64,000 nt of DNA from Laetmonice hystrix. Its lineage: Eukaryota. Below are positions 13,044 to 26,514 of this stretch, one piece after another (positions within the stretch are counted from its first letter, which is position 1; every line of letters begins with the position of its first letter). The notes under the pieces were generated by a model, which was not told where the DNA came from, searched no databases, and saw only the letters and a list, made by a program, of their open reading frames with translations. The stretch covers positions 18,538,001 through 18,602,000 of the forward strand of contig OZ249439.1 in assembly GCA_965235115.1 (NCBI GenBank), written 5' to 3'. The position numbers were made by a program, and so were the translations under genes.

Positions 13044-15145
13044 TTGTACTTCATGGATATGCAGTTGACCTTTAAAATACGATATATACTGGTAGGATAT
13101 AATCGACATAGAAATAGCAGTGGAAAGAAACAGCTCTCTCGTCAAACGCTTTATGAAAGAGAAAGATTATATTGGATAGATGTGTGAAAAGGATGAGAAA
13201 CGGTCGACGTCAGATAGTTAAAGGTGGACTCCGGAGGATGTCAACCTGCACGGATGTGGCGGTGCCGACTACCATGATGGTGATCAGGGCTGGATCCCGC
13301 TGGTCTGGGTCATGTGACGGCTGTGGCGCACGGCCGATAACCTGACCCAATTAGTGGGCCACCTGAGAACTGCCCATCGCCTGCAGTTTTCTCATGATGC
13401 GACCAGATGTGCACACAATAGCTGTAAATTAAGTCGCCAGCGTAGCACCGATTGCCAAACGAAGCGAATAGTCCTGAAAGGAATCAGGTGAAATACCTTT
13501 ACACTTTCAACGTGATAACTCCACTGTGTGTGTGAATAATAGATGATGGGTGAACGTGTGTCAGGTGGCGTGCCTTGCCTGGACGCGGGACACACAGGTG
13601 AGGTTGTAAAGTAGGGGGGGGGGGGCGTCTCAAGGCGGGCTGTGACTGAGTGACAGATCTGATAAATATTACATGAGACCCTTGCATGTACAATGGAGAC
13701 TTGATACCAGAAGTTTTAAAACCAGAACCCATTTGGGGATAGATTAGAAGGGGAAACAGTTCGCAGGTGCTTTATCTCAGGTGAGACTCATTACGATCAC
13801 AGACTGTTGTTAATGGCAGGATATTGTTGTTTTCAGGTCTAGCGTGTTGTACATGTCTTATTCATCATTAGTTTGTTTATCCCTGTTTAAAAATAAAAAA
13901 CACTTTCGCATGATGTAATACTGCAAAAAAGCAGTCTCCCTCCTCGAACACGTGCTACTAATGGCAATGAAGTCTTTCCCACACTGTGAAGGATGTTACT
14001 GTTTTTAAATCATCCCATTGCAGATCGTGAAAGTTCATACTGCTGTGGGAAACTAGTTTGGACATAAGGAATTCCGTATTTGTAGCTGCTTCCTTCGGAA
14101 ACGTGATACTAGAAATTAGAAACCTACTGTATCAACGCCATCTCCAGATTCTTTCATTGTATTCATGAGGACGAAGCTAATTGTTTTTAGTAGTACTGAA
14201 ACCTACTGCTGCAAGCCTGCCGGTCGGTAGTCCCTGACTAATGATGCTGTCAGGACTTTCACAGATCAATTATACTTACCTTGTGCATGGAATCACACCT
14301 GTCTTAAGGATGTAATAACTTTGGTGTCCTATTCTCTCGTAGAAGATGATTGAATATGAAAGTATACCTACCATCTCTGTGACATTAAGAAAGGGAGAGA
14401 CTTAGACAGGTGGCCACATATCAAGTCCTAAGGGTGCCTTGAAAAGACTGATCAGCGTCTCCGATGACCTTGTCACGTAAAGAGGTCATAATTCACTGTT
14501 GTCCTCACCTCCTGGTGATTGGTCAACAAGACACGTGACCTGGTGCGGATCCCGTAGTCAAACAAACCGCTCCACTTCACCCCAACACAATGGTCAGGGG
14601 ACCCCCTGGTCGTCTTAATCACGACAGGCCATCCGCCATCCCGCACTTGTTCTGCCACTTTGATATTTTCTGATATTGTGGGAGTTGCGTGCCAGGATCT
14701 CAGAGATAATCATAAAATATTGGGTCAGTTTTCCTCCTGAGAGGGGACTAATCAAGTTTGTTGACCCAGCAGGGTTTGGAGCCGAAGGGTGGTCGCAGCT
14801 CTGGTGAGCATGATGACAGGCTGATGTATGCAGTTGTCACCCACGACTAATGGGAATGGATGCACTATTGGAGCTGCCCAGATGAGTGGACGACCATGTT
14901 GGCGTGAAAACGCATTCACGTCAGCATTGCCAATTTGAGCTGACCACACGCGATTGTCGAGAGCGAACATGCAGACAGCGTGACACTGCGCAGTCCATAT
15001 TCCGATTCTGGCTCCGGCAAAAACACAACTGAGTTACGCAGAGGCCATGATTGAAATGATTGCCTGACTGGTTGTCAAAGGATCAGCGCTGCACGTTTAT
15101 TCTGAGGATGACACCATATATCATGCACACAGAAACATGCCTTGG

Positions 15146-15883
15146 CTCAGGTAAGTCGACATCCTGGCCCATACCTGACTTCAGCTCGTCTCAGACTAAA
15201 GTCTCAGGTAAGTCGACATCCTGGCCAATACCTAACTTCAGCTCGTCTCAGACTAAAGTCTCGGGTAAGTCGACATCCTGGCCCATACCTGACTTCAGCT
15301 CGTCTCAGACTAAAGTCTCATGGAAGTCGACATCCTGGCCCATACCTGACTTCAGCTCGTCTCAGACTAAAGTCTCGGGTAAGTCGACATCCTGGCCCAT
15401 ACCTGACTTCAGCTCGTCTCAGACTAAAGTCTCAGGTAAGTCGACATCCTGGCCAATACCTGACTTCAGCTCGTCTCAGTCTAAAGTCTCATGGAAGTCG
15501 ACATCCTGGCCCATACCTGACAACAGCTCGTCTCAGACTAAAGTCTCAGGTAAGTCGACATCCTGGCCCATACCTGACTTCAGCTCGTCTCAGACTAAAG
15601 TCTCAGGTAAGTCGACATCCTGGCCCATACCTGACTTCAGCTCGTCTCAGACTAAAGTCTCATGGAAGTCGACATCCTGGCCCATACCTGACTTCAGCTC
15701 GTGTCAGACTAAAGTCTCATGTAAGTCGACATCCTGGCCCATACCTGACTTCAGCCCGTCCCAGACTAAAGTCTCATGGAAGTCGACATCCTGGCCCATA
15801 CCTGACTTCAGCTCGTCTCAGACTAAAGTCTCATGGAAGTCGACATCCTGGCCCATACCTGACTTCGGCTCGTCTCAGACTAA
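15146..15883. repeat. Minisatellite, about 13 copies of a 57-bp unit
   Basis: Unit GGTAAGTCGACATCCTGGCCCATACCTGACTTCAGCTCGTCTCAGACTAAAGTCTCA, period 57 (GTAAGT at 15151, 15208, ...). It explains the ORFs 15060-16067 and 15142-15951. Confidence 0.98.
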
Positions 15884-18800
15884 GTCATCAAAGTCATCCT
15901 GTACACGTTCATGTCTTTGTATTTATCCACCAAGAAGATCATTTTGTCTAAGTCACTATATGAGCGTCAATGGGGAAATATTTATATACAGGTTTCTGTC
16001 AGAAATCAGATCTTCTAAGAGACTGTGGAATAAATGGACTGGTACAGTTGCGGATCAGTCTGCATGAAGACACGTGCGTTAACAGGGCTGTATACGGAGC
16101 CAGGACGTGCCTTTGTCATGCAGCTGGCGTTATGAAGTACCATACATACAAACCAGCATCTTTTCCTACTCTTTAACGTTGACGGCTTTCGTGAACACAC
16201 CGGGCTTGTCTGGCTGGCCCGGGAAAGAGAGAGGGGAAAAAATCGCACCATGATGAACGGCAGTCTATCACAGAATCAGCCCAGGGTAGTAAAGCATGGA
16301 CTTGAAGCAGGCTGGCACTACAGCAATCAGTCACATGTTGAGTAGATCCAAGCCAGACATGCAAGATGGTACAAGGGCCACTTACACAATCAGTTGCTGA
16401 TATACCTGACAAATCCCTCTTCGTCCGCTGAAATTAACTGCATTAATGAATCCTAGAGGCCGACAAGAAGCTATAAAGACGGATGTTTATATGCCCGTGC
16501 CCAAATTATTCTTTGCGTGCCGATAGAATACCACGAATGGATAATATTTTTTATGTTAGCGGCACCTAGGCCTACTTTTGAAGAATCCTCATTTGGACGT
16601 GCCTAACACTGAGGATATGAAGATGTCAGACGCTACACTTTATATCCGAATATTGAAAGCATTGCTACCTTGTTCATTACGGGTGGTGGTTTGGTAACGG
16701 GATCTGTTGGAAACGGCTGCCTTGGAGGCGAGCTCGAACAGTAAAGACGAAGGACAGCACTCGCCAATCGGCTTAGTGAAGCACGGCAATGCCGAGCTTC
16801 TGGGCGATTCTCTGAATCGTTGTTAACTAGTAGGTGGTGGTGGTGTGATGGGGGGGGGGGGGGATTAATAGAAAGTCTTCACTTTGGTTAGGACGGACTC
16901 ATGGATGGACCTGTCACGGTATTTGGCACAGTGTCGCCTAGTGCCAAGATTAAGTTGCACACTTTACTCCATCAGGTCATGGACTTAGTATAGTAGTGTC
17001 GTCAGTGATTTCTATCATACACACAGCAGATCCAACCATCAACTGGCGTTGGTTGTCACATCAAGGACGATCTAGCATGGTACACCTGATAATTACATAC
17101 CCTGTTCGTTTTAACCCAGGATTGTTGACAGGGGACTCAATTTATACATGGTGTGTCTGTGGCAACTATACTACTGTGGAGAAAACGAAGGGTTGTTGGA
17201 CGGAAACATAGCACTAGACAGAGTGGATGGTGTATTTTCATTGAGGTGGCGCCAGGTGGCGTGCCGTCGGGAGTTTGAAAATGGTTGTATTGATTCTCAC
17301 CTCCACCTGGATCTCGGCCACAAGGAGCCAATCAGTAAAACACACACCTGTGTATGCTAGTGGCATGTTTTCTGTAACCTAAGCACATCAGTCAACCACT
17401 AGGAGGAGCCACAGAGCTCCAACAACTTACTCTCTCAGTCTCACAGGCCACATTACACCATATTTAAAGCCACCCAAAAGAGACTCTTGCAGGGTAAATT
17501 ATTATAACAGGTAAAACAACTGCGACCATTAATGGCGCATCTTATTCCCCCATCTACCATACTCCAACATATTAACATCATCAGTGCACAACATCTTTCT
17601 TTGTAAATGTATACATTCTATAAGTTTGTTGTTCGAGCACTGGACCGTTATCAAGACCGGTACCTTCTTACTCCACCGAAAACACTTCCAGTAGGAAAAA
17701 TGAAATTTTAAAAAATCCAAAGGTTCACATGAAATGGGGTTCTGCATATTGCTAACAACTTTGAGTTTTATCGTTATTTTTCGGAAATTGTGTGCTCGAC
17801 ACAAAAGTAGTCCTCAAGTCTTGTTCTACTGCTAACTTGGAAAGTGTTTGGTGTCCAGATGGCGTGGACCCCTTGATGTCCCAAAGATACGGGTTCGAAA
17901 GCTATTCTTGAGCACGGACTGTAATTCAGGTGTGTAAGTATGCCATTACAGTTTTGGGATAATTATGATTTTATGTATGAAGTGGAAAGAGGTGTAATTT
18001 TTTCCGAGGGTAATTAAGCCTGGAGGTGTTCACGTGTGGTGGGTGTGGGTGTGCCATGCAGGGGGTCTGTGTGCGTGCGGCGGCCCACGTGTGTGTGCGG
18101 CTGTGCGGGCCGTGTGTCCGTGATTGAAGAGGGAGGCGTGATGAAGTCATGGATAGAGCCCATTATGACAGGTCCGGACATCAGCCGGCCTGGCCGCCGT
18201 CCGACTCCGCCCTGCCGAGTGCACCTGGCCCGACGGCAGCGCCGCTCCCTCATGCACTCGACCTGTGAAGTGTCCACCGTCGGAGGAAACACCCCAGACA
18301 GGGCATGCTATTTCACCCGCTGAACTCGCTCCCTCTGGGCTTCTACCAAGCCATTCATTAATTAGCCCCCTATGGTGAACCCCCTACAGCTTGACAAGTA
18401 CTGCCATATTGTAAAATATGGAAACAATATGTGATTGTCAAGTTTCCACGGTGCAGCGGGACCTTTTTTGGTAATCACGGCCAGAAAAATGTTCATTGTT
18501 GATTTCACCATTGTGTAGCACCAGACGTAGCTCAAAAGGCTGAGATTATGGACACGGGAGCAATTAATTAAGCAAGCAGGTTCTCAGGTTCTGTAGACTG
18601 ATTGGAGACCTGGATTTGTTTAGCTTGTAGGTGGAAAAAGATTGCTTTTTTTACCAGGGGTGGTGTAGGGTGGGGCTGGCACTGATTGGAGAGTACATGC
18701 TTACTGCATGGTTGTAGCATTAAGATGAGACCGTTCTTCATGTGTGCTTTTAGTTTTTATATTCGACAGCGTTATTAAACAACCCATACGAGACCGACTA

Positions 18801-20594
18801 TTGTACAGAAATTGTAAATGTCACATATATTTGGAGTTCGGACAGTTGAACAGTGTTGGCTGGTGATTAAACCGGTATTAGATTTCCCAATGTTCAGGAG
18901 ATTTTCTGTCTTTCCATATACAATTTCTCATAAACGTTTTGAGGGTTTTCACGCCTCCTATATGTAACCGGTACGTCATGCTGGCTGATGGCTCGGTGTA
19001 TTCACACAGGAATTGCAGGTAGTGATTATAGCGACCGCATCGTTTCCTTGCACTGGGTTTTGCGCATGCAGATGCCGATAATAAGCACACGGGCATGCAA
19101 TTTTTCTTTAGGAACACATTTTAATATAAATGTCTAAACAGGTAAGCACTTTGATTGCCTTGCTACAAGAGCACCATCAATATATTGTCATATCGTTATG
19201 GGTAGATCGTGATCCGAGACTAGAATTTATAATTGCACACTTTTCCGTTAAAAAACCAATACAAGTCATTCTATAATGATGTGTTTTGGTTTGACATTGT
19301 ATTTCACGGAAAATGTCAGCCTGATCTCGTGTGACGACCGATGGGAGGCTTTGAGAGTTTAAAGTTAGTCGTGTCCTAGTATAATAGCTACATGTGTGTT
19401 CATTGTCTCCAGGGAGGAGGGGGATACCCCATCCCGTGGAGGAGGGAGGGATCCACCTAATGAGGTCGTCACTGCCAACATTTTGGTCGCTCCAACCTCG
19501 GCATTTCATTCACCAACAGTTAGTCGCCAGATCAGTATCGTATGATACGGGGACGGTAGCAGTTAACATGACTAAACTGTACCGCTGCATCTCCGTGTGT
19601 GTATGGACAGGCAGGTATTTCATATACCGTTACCTGATCCCTTGTGTGTTTTCTGAATACAGAGAGCGTGTTTCTGGGTATGAACATAGACCTCGAGTAC
19701 ATGTGCAGGTGCGTGTCTTCAGTTTGAGTCGAATCAAGCTTTCCCAGGCGGCCACGGGTGGCACCACCGTATGCTGACATTCTCTGCATCTTCCCAGCCA
19801 ATCATAGGTCATGTGCTCCGTGGTGATGAAAAGCCCCGGGGACAAGTCATTTCCTTTGGGAGACGGCTTTGTTTATAATGCTTTAGTTGAAGTAATTAGG
19901 CACAATGGGAAACAATCCTCGCAAAAAATCGAGACGGTGAGGCTGTGGCTAGGAACGGCAGGTCTATCAGCATTTACTCCGCCAGGGATCGCATTTCTAT
20001 GTTTGCTGTGCTATGATTTTTATCACAATTTGCCCGAGAGATATCAGAACAAATTACCTGTCATCACGAGAATGTAAAGTAAAATTCATTTGCCCTGGGT
20101 TCGCTGTTAATGACCATCTATGTCTGTTAATATGGTCAGGCAATGAGGACAAATTACCGGAACGCCAGACTTTTAGTGGCAATCATATATCAAAGGGGAC
20201 CGTGCACGTGAAGGGACACGTCACAATTTTTGTTCAGGTTTTGGACCTTGAAACTACCGTTTCCACTCAACTCAAGGCCCTTCATAGTTTTTATGCTGTG
20301 GAAACTAAATAGCGCCCCGATCCGATCCAAGTCCATGAAGCTGGCTCTGAGTAGGGGGTTTCAAGGCATAAAAACCCCCTGTTGGAGGAGAATGCTGAGA
20401 ATAGTGTTTAGCAAGGACTTGCCGACTGAGGACATGGTTGCGGGCTGACTCGGCCGGACGACCTCTTCTCGGGAGGTGGGAGGAAGCTCGCAGTGATGAA
20501 GGCCCTTTGTCACGGTAAAGGTTCCCGCCGGCAGTCACATCCCAGCCACAATGACATGGCGCCTTCAGACTGACAAAACCACATTTGTCTTTAG

Positions 20595-20643
20595 AACCCT
20601 GGAGGGTTGCAAGGACGGCGGAGAGTGGAGGGGAGGACTACAG
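20595..20643 (+). other. Candidate 49-nt exon
   Basis: Acceptor CATTTGTCTTTAG, consensus donor CAG|GTGAGT, purine-rich body, all three frames open. Confidence 0.25.
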
Positions 20644-21384
20644 GTGAGTGTAGGACGCGGGAGGCTGTCACACCTGGAGGGCCTTCATCATGTTACGCTT
20701 GGCGTGCCTGTCATCTCAGCTCACGTTCGCTTTACCTGTCCGCTGACAAACTCGACAGCCAAGGATGAAGGGGGCGGGTACCAAGGTCAAGGTCGTGAGC
20801 AATGACATGCAGCACTCAATTCTGAAGTTAAAGCAAGATCACGAACTTCTCAACAGCGCCGCCGCATGTCACAAACAAGAGTAAAGGCAACACACAACGA
20901 AAAAAATAAATGGTACTTAGAAAATTTTAGGAAATACAAGTTCTCTTATTACAATGAACAGTTGCCATTCTCATGTACGTTTCCATGTCTTGTTCCGTGA
21001 CTAATCACTCACTCTTGTGCTTCATCATCTGGACGCCAAACTGGGTGTAACTTTAACTAAACCCCAAGTGGTTTTGGGTATTGGAACTGGAATTCTATTG
21101 GAGTGTGTTAGAAGAGCCTTTGGCTGTCCAGTGTCCAACCAGTTAGATGTAGCACCTCGAGTGATTACCCTGGATATAACTACATTATTTTCAGCAAGGC
21201 CATAAATTATCCGTGAATTATGAATCCTGGAAGGCTGAACTGTGTCAGTCTTTGCTAACCCAGAAAAGGTGTCAAAATTAATCAGCATTGCATGCCATGG
21301 AATAACAAATGTAGATTTCTACAAATGGCAACCCATTGTGACAGATAGTGACAGGGTACCTGACCGTGACTCATAGATATTAAT

Positions 21385-21422
21385 TGATATAATTACTGCT
21401 CCCTGATATAATTACTGCTCCC
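21385..21422. repeat. Exact tandem duplication, 19 bp x2
   Basis: TGATATAATTACTGCTCCC twice in tandem. Confidence 0.9.
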
Positions 21423-24400
21423 TGTGGATGCAAAGGAGGACAGTCACTGACCTTACTGTGGCAAGGTCACCCGTAAAAACAGATTTGCCCTATCGAGAAA
21501 TCAGTCAAGTGGAAAGTTGATGGTCCCAGTGAGAATCCATGTGAAATTTAAGTGATTTTTTTCTAGGTTGAAAGTACATGAAGCTACGACGGTTGCAATT
21601 GAAGCAATGAGGTTGACAGGTCACAACAGTAAGGAAGGCAAATAGAGAAAGCCATGACGGAAATGTCGGCAGGCCTCAAGTTGCTACTTACGACCAGCCC
21701 AAATTACCACATGTCCGAGGTGGCCAGTATAATGATGAGACAATGATTGCCGGAAACAATAGGCTTTGTCCCTCAACCACCAACCAATAGTTGTCTTTGA
21801 GGGGATAATGCCCTTTAGGGATTTCTAAAAGATGTGAGAGACGCGGTCATAACTCTAGTTTCTTTGGTCAAGGGTTAAAGACTTCGCACCATAACAAATT
21901 CAAATTGATGTTTCTTCCTGTTTCCATGTCCCATTGTCTGTCCGGCTCCTTGACACATCGTTCAAACTGTGAGTCATAAATATAATCTTCTTTGTGGACC
22001 ATATCGAACATTGGAAACCTGAGACTACATCTCGGTGACCAAAAGAAAAACAATTCCAGTGAAATCACACACAAATAAGTGAAAGGGCCTTCCCCAGGCA
22101 AAATATTAGTTGAAAAAACTGGGACATGTGAAGCTGACAGGAAGGGTCCATGTGAAGGATGGGAGGACAGGCGGACAGAGGTGAGGGCAGTGAATCAATC
22201 ACACATGGCACCCATACATATTTACCAGTAACATTTCCAATTGTCCTGATACCTTGCTCACGGAAGAACGGGTCCAATTTTTAATCAGCAAAAATTGGTA
22301 ATTCCCGCTCTTGATCATTAAGTTATTAAATACAGATCAGATGCAAATGAAGAGCCCTTACTGCTTCAGTAATGACAGATAACACTATGGTGACACCCTT
22401 TATTATCGCCCTGTATCAGCTCTACCCCCAGGGCCTTCTCCAACCCCGGCTGTGGAGATTAGAACAAATGCCCCTTGGTGAGAGCTTATGTTCTTAGACT
22501 ATTTTGATTCATAAAGCCGTTATGGGTAATGATTGCCCCATTAGAATACCCAAAGGAATCTAGTGTTCAGGTGATTATTTTCAAGTTGAGATGTATATTT
22601 TTTCTGCAAAGATTATTTGGCCTGTAAAACCTCTCACTGTGACAGTTGGTGTATATAGTGTTGTTAGTTAAATACACCGATCATAGTGCTGCCAGGATAG
22701 CTTGATTACCAGCACTACGAAATAGAGTGCGTGAGGTTTAGCCTGCACCTGATCTTGTGAAGAGAATGAGGACACTCTCTGTTTCCCCCGTTTCTTATTG
22801 TCAGCAGATTGGCGTTGGTGTACGGGATGTCGGAATCAAACACCTGCTGAGGGAAGGTGTTAGAAAGATAACTGAGATGTAACCTTTTATGTGTGAGGTA
22901 ATCCTTCCAAATGTATTCTGTTTGACATCCAACACCGGGGAAGAGTTGACCATTGTCTTCAAGGATTTAAACTCTTCTCCTCTCCACCCCCACCGCTCAC
23001 CAAAAAAAGTGAAGCTTTGCGAGTTTTGTTTCTGCCAGAGAACAGGGATTAATTCTCGCGTTGAATGTGGCAGGTCTCCGGACTACAATAGAAGTGGACA
23101 AAACCTTGTCCACATTTGACATTTTTAAAGCCTTGATTGTGTCCCGGGGATGTGTGCAGGGCACAGGGAAGGCATGACAGTCGCGGGATGAGAGCTGGTG
23201 GTTAAACACCGAGCACTTGATCCAACAGTAGGATGTGGACAGAGACAGGACAAAGACAACAAGACACAATGGACAGATTAGTCAGGGATCAGCGGCGCTA
23301 AGCACCCAGGGTATTCTCAGAGGATCAGTGTCAAGAGTCCTGTGCTACGTTTTCATGGGCGGTCACAGCAACCCTCCGTAACAAAGTGTTAATTGCGAAA
23401 CAATGAGGATTTGTTGAGTCATGGACGAATGTGCTCCAGGCCCAGCTCCTGTCTCACGACGCTGTGGCTCTTTCAAGGAGGCGCATTCATTAAAAAAATT
23501 GTTAATAATCCGGTTTATTATACATGATACTGTATATAGTATGAAATTTAACTAATATAACGGAAAGTTTCCGAGGAGACAAGCAATATATTTGTTGTTC
23601 AGAACATTCATAATAAAACCAACAATATCCGGACCGATAGATCATGATTTCTTCTCAAGCTCATCATATTGATAGCTTCTACTTACTATATATACAAAGT
23701 TTTTTTTTCAGATTTGCTATAGTTGCAATGACTGGATCATTATTTGTGTTATTAGTGAAGGAGGCCTTCAATTAAGCTCAAGTGGGCGATTGGCAATGTC
23801 GGGTTTGTCCATGATTATAGTTAACCACTTGCTTAATCAGCCACAAAGGTTTAAGAGGTTTAGTCTGATAATTGCCAGGAATAACGATTGCTAGCTGGCA
23901 GAGCCTATGGTAACGGTGAAGGTATGCAGACATACAGTAGATCTTTAATTACTGTCTGAGAACGGTGGACTAACAGTAGGTCAGTTCAGAGTTACCAGTA
24001 TCTAAAATCAGGCGGCAGGTACAGCTGCTTGGGACAAACATTATTGTTTGTTATATGTATTCGACTCAGCCAATACTTGCTGACGAACTTATTATTTTCT
24101 GTTCTGAGTATTTTTAATATACGCTGTACAAGTCAGTAGTAGTTGTTTCATAGATTAATTAAGATTTTATTCTTTTAATGATGCAATGTTATAAATAATT
24201 TATTGTATTTTTTTCTGACGTTACATAATGGCTTTGTATTTGACCTTTGTACAGGAAGTGTAATTAGATATGCATGATGTAACACACCCGACCAGACAGG
24301 GTAGAAATGAAAGGGAAGAGGAAAAAGAAATCATTGCTGAACAATATTGATCTATTTAGTTTTGTAATCTGTCGAACTCATCTGAGTGGCTCATTTACTA

Positions 24401-26488
24401 ATAAAAGGAAAGGTACCGGGGTTTGTCCGACAAATAGATGAACTAGGTTGTTTTACCGTGTAAAGGTTTTTAAACGTAGTTTTAAAAATTGTGGAAAGTT
24501 TCAGTAATTTCAATGATTTATGAATATATTGTTCCACTGACAGTTTATTCTTCACGGAGCACACCAAGCAACATTAGCAAGGTGATTTAACTTTCAGTTC
24601 TAACTTGTACAAAACCAAATAGCGCTTTCTTTTGTGACAAAATTTCAATTTGCCTTGTAGTTAATAGTGTTTTTCAGGTCAGGGGTAACCTGGGCAACCC
24701 CGAAAAGATGATTACCAGATGTGACATTAGTTTTGCAGTGACCCCTTTCCCCCGCACACCGCCAGGGGCGCAGTTTGAATGGCAAAAACCACCAAACTGA
24801 ATGGAGACAAAGACGAAGCAAGTTGCAAAAGTTGCTAGTGCTAAGGCGAGTGAAGGCCATGCTCCTTTGAACAGATGGCGGAGAGATGGGTAGGAAATTG
24901 TCACCTTGAGGCTTGCCCCAAGACCCTGTCAGCAAATGGTCCCAAAACAGGAACCTCAAAAAAGCTGACATTATGGCCATTATTGGAGATAAAAGCTGAT
25001 GGGGCTTCAAGTCTCATTTCACAATTTGGTATTCGCACTGGAGTTCATGGAGAAGTTAATGTAGACGGTGTTTTAGTGTTTAATGATAGCGTAATCGATG
25101 TGTTTTGTGTGAGTATAATACGTTGTAGACTGCCGCGGGAGGTTTAGTCAGACAAAAAGTGCAGACGGAACTCTAGGCGGTTTCTCCAGGGAAGGCCAAG
25201 CAAGTACATTCATCATGCTATCCCACTGCTACACCAGCGTCAAAGAAACGGGTCTGGATACCACCGTTTTTAGTCATAAAAGCGTACGCTTTGGGAACCA
25301 GACTATCAAAGATTGCTTCGTGACAGTGCATGGAAAATACAAATTGCATAAAGGGTAGCAAGTACCAAACATTTTGTGTATTTAATTCGTCTGCAGGATT
25401 GGGAAGAACAGGAGAGCCACGGAAACATGATTGGGGGAAAACGTCAGAGGTTATACTTTCTGACGTTAAAGTTACTTCCATAGTGGGCAATGTCAGGCTT
25501 ATCTGGCCAGTATGGACAACAATATATATTATGTATCATTAAAAATTACGAGGAAGAATAATTTCTCTAGATTAGATTTACATTTATAGGACAAAACAAT
25601 AGATCTGTTGCTCATCTCATTTTTACATCAACTTAGCCAGAGGTGTGGTTACAACCTGCCCAGAGTGAAAGCTGCCACTGCCCTGTGTGAGTCACACAGG
25701 TTTCGTACTGAATTCTACTTAAACCCACAAATTTATGAACCCTGACAAGACACCAGTGCTAAGCCTAGGGGCATTATTCTGATGTGCACGGTTTTTAAAA
25801 ACTTTTATTGTTGAACAGTGTGGCAATATTTAGTGGCCGGAATATTATCAGTAGTGATGGATTGTCTGTTCATCTGTATTTGTCTGTTCGTTTTTGTGTT
25901 GTAACCTTTGGGAAGTATCATTTCAGCTCTGGCATATTTTGAAATAAAGCGGTTGGCCGGATTTGAAGGTGTCTTGTTTCACCTGCTCCAGTAATGGAGT
26001 GCATTATGTTAAATTTACCGGAGAAATTTCCCCTTACTGTTCTCATATTAACCGCCAAGGAATATAATTTGTCTTATCAACATACAACACATGGATCAAT
26101 TAGACTTACGGGTACCACGTGCCGATTTCCTTCCATGTACAATGAGTAATAGGAATTAGTTCGTTATTGGTGTCATGTCTGAGTAAAAGCTATTAATTGA
26201 AATGAATCGGACTGGTTTATAAAAGAGAAGGTCGGCTGATTGTGATGCCCGCACTAAGTGGTAGGTCCAAGACACCGGCTTGGTGGCCAGGCTGACTGCA
26301 GGAGCAGGTGCTTGCAGGTCCGTGGCCAAACTCGGCATGATTAACAGTGATTTGTCAGAGTGGTTTATTTCACACACAGCTGCAGACTTCACTTGGTAAC
26401 TATAGGGTGTCATGCTTGGTGCATGGTGTTTGGCATTGGATTAATTAGTGTGCTTTTGATCTTGAATTGATATTTAAACTCCAATTAG

Positions 26489-26514
26489 GTCCTGGTTCTA
26501 TGGTACAAGATCAG
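26489..26514 (+). other. Candidate 26-nt micro-exon
   Basis: Consensus donor CAG|GTAAGT but only a mediocre acceptor (AAACTCCAATTAG). All frames open. Confidence 0.2.

Noticed and set aside
15060-16067. 335-aa and 269-aa ORFs with 19-aa repeats (SSSQTKVSGKSTSWPIPDF; RLRLKSQVSRHPGPYLTSA)
   Set aside because: A 57-bp unit is a multiple of 3 and is likely to be stop-free in at least one of six frames. Two overlapping frames are open, the start is non-ATG and no domain is recognisable. Treated as a minisatellite by-product.
16160-16220. Minus-strand PDKPGVFTK resembling a trypsin-family C-terminal motif
   Set aside because: Isolated 7-residue match followed by a stop. No GDSGGP or catalytic motifs found upstream.
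17850-17910. GGTTCGAA B-box-like motif suggesting a tRNA or SINE
   Set aside because: No convincing A box at the right spacing and no cloverleaf stems.
19177-19509. Minus-strand ORF with PSVVTRDQADIF, like an integrase second-Asp motif
   Set aside because: Spacing to the putative first motif is far too short and similarity is too weak to call by eye.
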